64,000 nucleotides of DNA. Source: the human T2T-CHM13v2.0 reference genome, Homo sapiens. The notes under the pieces were generated by a model that ran no database searches, was not told the DNA's origin, and saw only the letters and a list, made by a program, of their open reading frames with translations. Position 1 is the stretch's first letter. Every line of letters starts with the position of its first letter. Of this stretch, positions 54,835-64,000 are shown piece after piece. The position numbers and the translations under genes are program-made. The stretch lies in assembly GCF_009914755.1 (NCBI RefSeq), contig NC_060937.1. The stretch is one strand, 5' to 3'.

Positions 54835-55300
54835 TGTTAGATATGAGTTCTAAATTTCTTTTCAAAGAATCAATTATGTCAGTATGTTCAATTCTTTGCC
54901 TTCTACTTTTAAACTTAACTTTCTCATAAAGCTACCTTTTTCGATTACCTGATCCACCCTGACTCATTTCAATTACCTGCTCTACCCTGACTCATTCTGA
55001 TTACCTGCTCTGTCATAACCATTTTTCCCTCACTCCGTCGCTCTCTTTAAATTAGCCAATCAGAATTAGTTTAGCCTGCGCAGTCTAACTCTAGCCAATA
55101 GGGGAACAGCACAGCAGCAGGGGCCGTGCGCGTCACGGATAAGAACCTCTTCCCTTCCCTTGTCCAAGTGTGCACTCACAATTGCTCCATCTGTAAGGGT
55201 GCACCCTTCTATAGAAGTACCTTGCCATGCTGAGAATTAAAAAGAAAATTTTACATTCAAGTGCTATTTCTTTTGCGGCACCTAAACTTTATATATAACA
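54835..55300 (+). mobile_element. LTR10 (LTR10F-like, HERVIP10) solo LTR with an internal 28-bp VNTR
   Basis: Start tgttagatatgagttctaaatttc; repeats (g/a)attacctg..c..ccctgactcatt; two CCAAT boxes; attaaa; end tataaca; TSD tcct / ccct. Confidence 0.88.
54941..55011 (+). promoter_or_regulatory. LTR10 VNTR, about 2.5 x 28 bp, with AP-1 sites
   Basis: TGACTCA at 54960-54966 and 54988-54994. Confidence 0.7.
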
Positions 55301-55389
55301 CCCTGATCCTTTTATCTTGTGATGAACCTGTGCTTATAGAAACCTGTTGGACTCTCCGAATGGAAGATTAATTTAGGATTTTTATACCT

Positions 55390-56500
55390 AATGACATATG
55401 TGAGATTGACTCATACATTTTTCCTTTGTCATGCTTTTGTCTTGAATAGGAATCAGGGTTAAAATGACTCACAACATGAGTTGAAGTGTTTCTTTATCTT
55501 TCTAGTTTTTAGAACACTTCGTGAAATTTAAGCATTCCTTTTTACTCTAGGAAATTAAACGTCAACTATAAAACTGTCTGGCCTCGGCATTTTTGTTGGG
55601 GCTGGGGATTTCTGACTCGGATGTCCATTTATTAAATGGTCATTTGTCTATCTAGGTATTTCTAAACAGACAGTGCTTGAAACTATTCAGTGTTCCTTTC
55701 ATTTACATTTTAAAAATTTCATCATATAATTATTTAAAGTATTTAAGAATTTAAAAGATCTCCACAGTGCCTAGAGTCTATGCTTTTGTTGTTGCTAATA
55801 TCGTTTATCCTTGACTTCTCTCTTAATTTCTCTTGCCTAAAGCTTGTTATACTTTATTAATCTTTTCAGAGAGACAGTTTTCAATTTTGGTTGAACATCA
55901 TTGTTTTTTAGTTTTTCTATACTTCAGAAATGTTTTTATTTCCTCATTAATCTTTATTTCCTTTTAGTTTCTTGCTATTTTTCCAGCTATTTGAACCAAT
56001 ATATGTTTGCATATATTATTTTAAATATTTTAAAAATCTTATTTGGGCTATATGTTTTTCATTAGCTATAGTTTTTATTTTAATACATAGTATTTTTATT
56101 GCTATTATTGATCAGACCTATTTTTGTAATTTTCATTATTAATCCCTCTTTAGCCCATGAGTAATTTAAAAGTATATTTTCACTTCAAAATACAATTTTC
56201 TTTTACCTGTATTTTTGTTATTGATATTTCTTACTGTAATTTTATTAACAATTACATTTGTTACATTTTGATCAGAAAATGAGAAATTTGTTTGTGATCT
56301 AATTAACACAGGGATCATTTTTATAAATACCCCATATGCATTTCAAAGTAATGTGTTTTTTTATTGATTACAAGTTTTATTACTTAGCTATTAGATTGAC
56401 CTCATGTTTTTAAAATATATATATCAATTTTCAGTCTTTATGATCTATAAATTAAAAAGTCTTTTAGAATGATAACCAATTTCACCCTCTTTTTGTTTTA
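55390..56500 (-). mobile_element. Old L1M ORF2 relic
   Basis: ggaatcagggttaaaatgactcacaacatgagttgaagtgttt; aaaactgtctggcctc; T-rich decayed L1 antisense. Confidence 0.55.
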
Positions 56501-56925
56501 ATTTTCTATATGTAATATGATGATACAACTTAAGTGTTGACTAGACACAAAAGAGAGTTGCTAAATTTTACATCTCCATTACAGTACAAGGATTATGAAA
56601 GACAGAGTTTGAGAACTATTCTAGGACTTCTGGACCTCCTCAATCACTTCCACAATCTAAGAGGACTGAAAAAGTGGAGGAGAAGGGATTTTATGAGTAA
56701 ATCTCTTCGGAGACAGCTTAGAGTCTTCTCCTATCTCTGATGTTGCTGATGGGGGCATGGTGGAGTTTTCTGTCCTCTTATCTCAAGTCTGTTGGTGACC
56801 TTCCATGGTCCCACCCAGTAATTTTGAAACTTATTCTGAGCTGTTGAGAATGAAGACTGGTGCCTGAGAAAGCTCAAGTGGACTGTGCTGAGATCTGTCT
56901 CCTTTCCAGAAAATCTAGAGGGTGG

Positions 56926-57396
56926 CAGGGTGGTATCAGAAAGGAAAGACTTCTTTCCTCATCTATCACTAAGTTCATGGCTGAGGCACCCATAGCAAAA
57001 GACAGAGTCATAAGAGAAGAGCATACAAATTGATTTCATGTAATTTCTATGTGACATGGGAGCTTTCAGAAATGAAGAACAAACAACAGGGTAATTTTTA
57101 TGCTTAGGTTTGATAAAGAGTGGACAATCATACAGAAGTGTAATTGGACAAAGAGTATATTCTATGGTAATAAACTGAAGGGAACTTAGCAAGGCCTGTT
57201 CATTTAGATTCTTCCTTGTTTTCCTATGTCTTTAGAGAAAAGAACATTCCTTTCTTCCTGGAATAGAGAGGACCCCTCTGGAATGAGGGTCTTATGACTT
57301 ACTTTAGAGAAAGGTCAGAGAGACCTTCTTTCTTCTGATGTTGCCTCAAATTCCAAGGTGCTATATTTCGAGGATAGTGTGCTCTGACCACCATTC
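56926..57396 (-). mobile_element. MER31-like ERV1 solo LTR
   Basis: ttcatggctgaggcacccatagcaaaagacaga...acttagcaaggcctg...ggacccctctggaatgagggtcttatgac...aaggtcagagagacctt; 4-bp TSD gtgg. Confidence 0.8.
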
Positions 57397-59204
57397 GTGG
57401 AATCTAGCGCACTGGGGGCAAGGCCAGGAGAGTGACTGGCCCAGGAGGTGCTAGGAAGGTTTATTGAGAACCAATGTGGCAAAGTGAAAAAGATCCCGAG
57501 TTAGGTGAGAGGGTATCTCTATCAGGTCCAATAGATCCCATGGAGGTGAGCTAAAGTGCTAGATACCTAGGGGCTGGGAGTTTCAAGCATCAAAAGAACT
57601 TTGCCATGCTCTTAACTCACTTCCCTTCTTAGACCTCTAGACTGTAGTTTTTATTGGAAGCAACGGTAGTTGCTATAACAAAGAGAAAAGAATTGAATAA
57701 AAGCAGTGATGAGTGGCAACAAACAACAGATTAGGCAGAGTTAAAACAGCTATTTGCCAAGTCATGCAGCAGGGAGAATAGTAAGAATCTGAAGAAACTT
57801 CAGTAGTAAGAGAGGAAGGTCAATATGAAGGAGAGAGGAGGAGGAACAAGAGCTAATATTTATTCAAACTTAAGCATGTTATACATACCAAATATTGTTG
57901 TACTTGTGTTCTTTCATTTAATTTCAGTTTTACTATCCTCATTATCATATATAGCAAATTGCGACTTACAAATTTTGGAAATGTTGGAAATTTGTCGAAT
58001 GCTAGCCACAACAATTTATTGTGCAATAACTTACGGATGTGCATGGTAGAAAAGAGCTAAGTAAAAAAATATGCAGGGAATTGAAGGAAATTTACAAATA
58101 GTTATGTCTGAAAGGGGCTGTGCTGGATGGGAAGTACTCTATTTTTATTTTTATACTTATTTCACTAGAAGTATAGAATTAACCACATACCTCAATAATG
58201 ACATTCTAGCGACTCATCTCATCATGTATAATCTATTTTATATATTTTTGTTTTATTTCTCCTTTTGGCTCTCTTGTCCCCACCGTCTTTACTCCCTACC
58301 CTTGTCCCATGCCATAGGCATCCTTGTTCAGTTTTAGGTTAGTCTTTCTAATTCTTCCTTCGTACAGTCTTTTTCATTTGTGTCAATCTATGTAAAATAT
58401 ATAGTATTAAGTGTGATTTTAAAATAAGTTAATGGCATTGTGGTATAAATCTCAATCTGTTTCCTGCTATTTTGGAACTCCATCCATGTTGTTCCAGGAA
58501 TATCCTCAGTCCTCTGACTGTTGCATAGTATTTTACACCTCCATCACATCTTTGTCTCCATTTGAAAAACGATAGGCTACTAGGGTGCTTTGTCTCCACT
58601 AACCCATTCATTGATGGTCCCTGAATATGCCTTCTAGTGGATCTGTGCTTTTTCTTCTCTTTTTCTTATTTTACTTTCCCCAGGATTTTCTCAGAAAAAT
58701 GTCTGCTCACAGTGCTACAGCCCTAACATGTCAGTTCTAATCCTCCCTTCTGTCTTTTGCTGATGCACTTTAACTAGCATCTCCCAAAGCAGTTTTTAGT
58801 TTATTTTCCTAAACATACTCAGATACACTTCCATCTGGCATTGCTGCTGCCTGTGAAGTATGTGGTTTCCTGGTTCCCTGTGGGTACCCACAGCCACTCT
58901 ATTTCCAGTCTGGCTGCTTTGACGGCATGGGGTTTGCAGCTGGAGTTCCAGGTCACTTCCGTAGAGGCCTTGACATGTGGTTTGCTCTCCTTCCATTTAG
59001 ATGATTTGGAAAAATTAAAGATATAGCTTCTAATTCTTTTGATGCTTTAGGTGGGGTGGGGCAACTAAGTCCCAAATTCCAATGTGAAAATGTGATCTTT
59101 TCATGATGCATCTTGCTTTGCTTTTTGCTAGAAAAAAAATAATTTTATTTCTAATTGACAATTAAAAATTATAGAAATTATATTTTTAATGACTTATATA
59201 CTAG

Positions 59205-59292
59205 TATTATGATGAACTATAAGAAATTGCTGTTTTGGGGATCATACATGCTCAAATATAAGCAATTTCATTCCATGTGATTTTACCTAATA
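59205..59292. mobile_element. MADE2 mariner MITE
   Basis: About 88-bp palindromic element, tattatgatgaactataagaaattgc...gcaatttcat...ttacctaata, TA-flanked. Confidence 0.7.
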
Positions 59293-60099
59293 TGTAAATT
59301 AAAATGCATTATATTTAAATACATGGGGTTTAGATGGCTTGAATGGCTTACTGGGTCCATGTAGTAAGTGGTGGCAAGTACTTGCTTGACACCAAGTTTC
59401 TAATTCTAGTGCAGAATTGGAGTACTCCAGCACAACTCTTAATTATAATTAACTAGTAGAATTATTTAAAACTGCTTAAACTTAGTTTATAACCACAAGC
59501 ATTGGATTTTGAGTTGCTTAGCTGTACCTAATTATTAATTTATGCTATTTTAAAATTAATAATATATGACATAGTGAAAGGGAGAGAAAAGGGAGAGAGA
59601 TTTTTCTGTTTTTTATGACACAGGAGAAAATACAACTAACTCTTTAATTTAGGATTTATATTTAAATTATACTCTTCTTTTGAACAACCTTTCTCATAAA
59701 GATAACTGAGTTTAATTACTATTTGTAAAAGGTCCATATCAATGCCAGCAATTCTAGATATAAGACAGCACAATTGGAGGATTAATTCCAAGTTAATGAG
59801 CTAATTTTCTTTTCCCAACTTGCAAAAAAGAGCAGTAAATAACAGCTCTATAATAGAAATGAGGAAACTGTGTTGTCCACTGAATTTTAGAATTGCAAGA
59901 GAGCTTCAAATATTGTCTAGGTCAGTTCCTCCTTTTCTCAGAAGAGAAAAACTGAGGATTAATTAATTGTCAAGACTGGTGTAGTAGGAGCAGATCTGGC
60001 ACAACTAGACAGGTTACCCATTTTCCCAGTGTTCTTATTATGAATGAGAATGAAGTTCTCATTACATATTGTATTCTTTAAACGGTTCATCTCTGAATG

Positions 60100-60780
60100 A
60101 GAAACATAGGCTAGAAGCAGGTGTCTCCCCAACTGTTTATATCAGTTCCTCATCATTTTCCTCCTCATTGGTTACAATAGCATTCTGCCTAGTACCCTTA
60201 CTTGCAACCTTGCCCTGCTTCAATTCATTTTACACATTACCAAAAGAATAAACTTATTAAGACATGTATTTCATACACCATTTCCCTGTTTAAACATCTT
60301 CAGTATTTCTAAAGAGAAAACACAGACTCCTTAGTGTGATACCAAGGTTTTTTCTGAGCTGGTTCCTGCTCTCCTCCTCCAGCATCTCATTGCTGTTTGG
60401 TGCTTTCACTTGGAATGCCATACAGATCCAAGTACTGACAGTTCACAGATGTACCAACCTCTTCTGTACATGTATGCCTTTCCAAGGACTTCTCTGATAC
60501 ACTGCCCCACCTCGTTTTGCCAACTATCATGCTGTCTCCTACCCACTCAGGGCCACTCTCCTATTTAGTAGAAGACTTAATTAAACTTCAACACTCAGTC
60601 ACAGTGGGACCTCTTCCACGATGCCTTCCCTGAGTGGTCTTTCAACTTTCTAGTGCTTCCCCAACACCCAGGCCTTATCTTGATCCCACATTTTGTAATA
60701 TTTATTCTAATTCTGCTTCTCTGACCACCTCCTTTGGAGCTGGGACAATGTCTTTTGTGACTGATTCTAGTGGATTATAA
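60100..60780 (+). mobile_element. L2 fragment
   Basis: ccctgtttaaacatcttcagt; cagactccttagtgtgataccaagg; cctcttccacgatgccttccctga. Confidence 0.6.
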
Positions 60781-61429
60781 AATATATTGTAGTTTCACAG
60801 AGCACCATTTTACCATCAACCTTATTAGACTTAATTTCAGCTTCCCTCATTTGAACAGACTCTTTTGAAAGCCCTGCGAGGAACCCTAGACATGTCTTCA
60901 TATAGTCACACATTATAGTAAAACTCAAAAAAAGAAAACTACTTTTTTATATTTTTAAGGAATCTCTTATGCTCAATTTTGCAGACTTCAGGCCACACAA
61001 TACTTGAACTTTCCAGGAAGAGAGACCCAATAAATGTCTATGGAATGTGTTAATGAATACATTTTCATGTATTATTATATATGATAATGATAATAGTTTT
61101 AATACACATATTATCTCTATATTTGTCAAGTGCATAGCTTTAACCTAGAATACTTTTTAGATCTGTTGCCTTATCTGTTAAAATAAGAGCATGTTATTTA
61201 GTCTCTGTCCTATTGCAGGCCAGTTGTGATAATAAAATTAAATCCTTGAGTACAAGAGTAGAATAAGTGTAGTACTGAGACCCATCTTGTCTGGAGAGTT
61301 GTGGATTGGAGTCACAGTTTAACAAGTGATTGCCACTGAAATGTAGTTTTAGGGCACTTTCCTTAGGGTCACTATGGCTAGCCCCTTAGCATTATAAGGA
61401 ACCGTAACACAGGCAGAGAACAGGCTGAA

Positions 61430-62060
61430 TTGCATGCTTCCATTTGCTCATTTATTTTATATATCTATTTAGCACGTAATATGTGCCAATTACTAGGAAG
61501 TGAAGTACACTCAATAGTGAACAACAGAGTCAATGTTTCTGCACTTGGAGCCTGCATTGAAAGAGGGGGACAAAAAATAATTAAATAAGTGGTCTCAGAT
61601 TGAGGTGTCTGATAAGGTGGAAGAAATAAGTAGAAATGAGATCATTCAGGACATTGAAGGTCATCATTTGGAGAATGTTTTTATTCAGGTTATAATTAGA
61701 AAGCCCTTGGAAGATTTCAGTCAGGGGTCTGGTAAGTTCTGATTTATTTTTGAAAAAGTAAACCTGCCTACCCTGATGAAAATGCTTTCATTGTGGACAA
61801 GAATAGAGTATAGAAGATTCATTATCTGCAAATATGGATCTCCCCATGAGCTTGGGCTAGGGTGGTGGTAATGGAGATGGAGAAATATATTTTTATTTTA
61901 TATTCTTTAGAGTAGAACTGACAGACTTTGGTAATAGATCAGATATAAGGGCTGATGTAAAAGCAGAAATCAATGGTGACTTTCAGTTTTTTGATTTGAG
62001 GAATGAGAATGCCATTTACTGAGATGAAGAAGCAACAAATGAGAAAAATATCAAGACTGT
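61430..62060 (-). mobile_element. L2 fragment
   Basis: tatttagcacgtaatatgtgcca...gcccttggaagatttcagtcagggg...ggtggtaatggagatggaga...atgccatttactgagatgaagaa. Confidence 0.7.
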
Positions 62061-64000
62061 TGTGAGTGTGAAGCAGGCAATGCCTTATCACAAGTCTGGC
62101 TCAAGGTCAAAGTGTTTTCGAAGTGTTTTATAAAGCCAGCAATCACAACAGCTCTTCCAATTTCATTTCAGTTGGGCCCTCTGAACATATACCATATGAA
62201 ATATCCAGAAATGTAGCTTTGGATTATTTTCTCTCTCTCCTCTCCATTTCAATGTCTTTTTGAAATTTAGTGGCATACTCTGCTACAATTCAGCTGAAGT
62301 GCTTAGCCATCCCATGATCTCTTGCATCTTCTCCCTTTCCATAATTTAAGTCCAACATTGTGTCTTGCTGATTACAAGTTGCCTATAATTTATGCATAAG
62401 TAAAATTGGATTCCTATAACAGGCCATGAATACTATTGATAGGGAAACTGCAGAGGTATTCAAAGGCAATTAGCTGAGTACAAAGGAAAACCATTATGTA
62501 AAAAAGCCAAGATATTTATCTTTGGGTTACAGCTAACTCTTCATACTAAATATTAGTTAACATACGGAGAATTTGAAAGCTTGCAGTCTCTCGCTTTAAG
62601 TATGGCGTTTTCTAGTACAACACATTTATAAACACTCTATCAGCTTTCCAGTCATGCCTTTCAGTTCTCATTCAGAAGAGTGCAATACTCCTCTGATACT
62701 CAAATATTGTACAGGTACTAGAGTCTATATATTCTACAAAACTATAAAATTACAGTACATTGTAAAGTCCTATGACATTAACACTCATAAACGCACCATG
62801 ATATTATAATAAAGAGATTGCTGCTGATAATTCAACAAAAAGTGTGATTTCACTAATTACAATTTGTGACTAAATCTTTAGCATTCTTTGAAAACCTCCT
62901 ATGTTGCCAATACCATTAATGCTGACAGAGAGAAGACAAGCAAAGATGAAAGAGGTGATAGGAACAAAAAAAAAAAAAGAAAAAAGGGACACAAAGGGTT
63001 AATTTGATGTGTTTTCAGCACTGAAATACAGTGTGATAGATTAGGGCTTGAGAAACACATCAGGTTGTTCTTCTACTTTTTGACTTTCCATTTATTCCTT
63101 CAGAAGATTCTATCTTTCCATACATGTTCCTCATAGGTCTTTAAGTCATCCAAATTTATTTATCCAGTGTGTTACAAAAGAGGCTTAGGTTGAACACAAA
63201 ATCACAATAGAATGTCAATTACATATCAATATTGCCCGCTAGCCTCACTACTTGGATTTGAATCTGACCATGAGTGTATCTGGATTGCAAAGCTCCAGCC
63301 TTTTGTTCTGTCTTTTTTTATCAGTCTAGCACCCTGTTGTCTCTTAGCAATTATTTTGGGGTATTAGTCAAACAAGCAAGTTAATGGTTTCCTTGGAAAG
63401 GGTTCTACAATTTTCACCCATGCATTTCTAAGTTTTCAATATAAAACCATATGAAGCTGTGCTTCCCAGAACTTTACATTCTACTTTATTTGGATACTGG
63501 AGCAACAGAAGGTAAATAAAGGTAATACAGTCATCTTTAGCCAACTTGCAGCTTTTATCTTTTATCAAACTCACTACAACTATTTGCTTATCTACTTATA
63601 TCATACTTATTTTTGGAAGAATTTAGAAGTTCAGGCATAAAGTTGGTATGTTGAACTAGAATTATGCTTTTGGTTTTTAACTTATTTTAAATATAAGGAA
63701 ATAACCTCAATCCTATACATTGTGACATTTCAATTTTCTACACTTCTCCTCTAGTGTATAAAGCCTACATTTTTAAAATGTACAGCAGACTTAGAAAGCA
63801 TACGCTCATTTAGCTTCTTTATCTTTCACTTCTGATATCTGGTATCTGCCATTTTTCCTCCACTTTCTCTCAGGATACAATACTGATGTCAGGCTGTGCC
63901 TTGCTAGACGGGAGTCAGAACTGAAACCAAAGAAACTAGATTCTGTTGTTCTTGCATTTGTACAAATCTTCTGTGCCTTAAAGGTAAAGGCATTAACTTC

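Noticed and set aside
54941-55011. 28-bp repeat array superficially like a CRISPR array
   Set aside because: Head-to-tail units without unique spacers inside a eukaryotic LTR10; it is the known VNTR.

Overview
AT-rich, repeat-dominated, non-coding primate DNA, almost certainly human because it carries an AluYb8 (a human-specific subfamily) at 5398-5737. It is intergenic or deep intronic. I found no protein-coding gene, processed pseudogene, tRNA/rRNA gene, CpG island or CRISPR-like array. The longer recognisable ORFs in the supplied track are decayed L1 ORF1/ORF2, MaLR-internal, Alu or microsatellite translations; the rest resemble no protein I recognise. Main content: a near full-length L1MA2/3 (15.4-23.1 kb) with two nested Alus and an in-frame deletion of the RT core; a two-LTR MSTB provirus with a complete THE1 provirus nested inside it (24.0-28.8 kb); a twin-primed (5'-inverted) L1PB (50.0-52.1 kb); solo LTRs (MLT2A1, MER74-like, THE1C/D, LTR10, MER31); Tigger2a, MER5 and MADE2 DNA transposons; and many L2/MIR relics. 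I see no evidence for a new biological system. The best leads are (i) a ~3 kb block (L1 fragment plus a GC-rich stretch) that appears inserted into a MIR tail, (ii) an LTR10 AP-1 VNTR with extra AP-1 sites next to it, (iii) the very young AluYb8, and (iv) several template-switch-type repair scars. Subfamily names come from remembered consensus sequences, not from a RepeatMasker run, and boundaries of old repeats are approximate.
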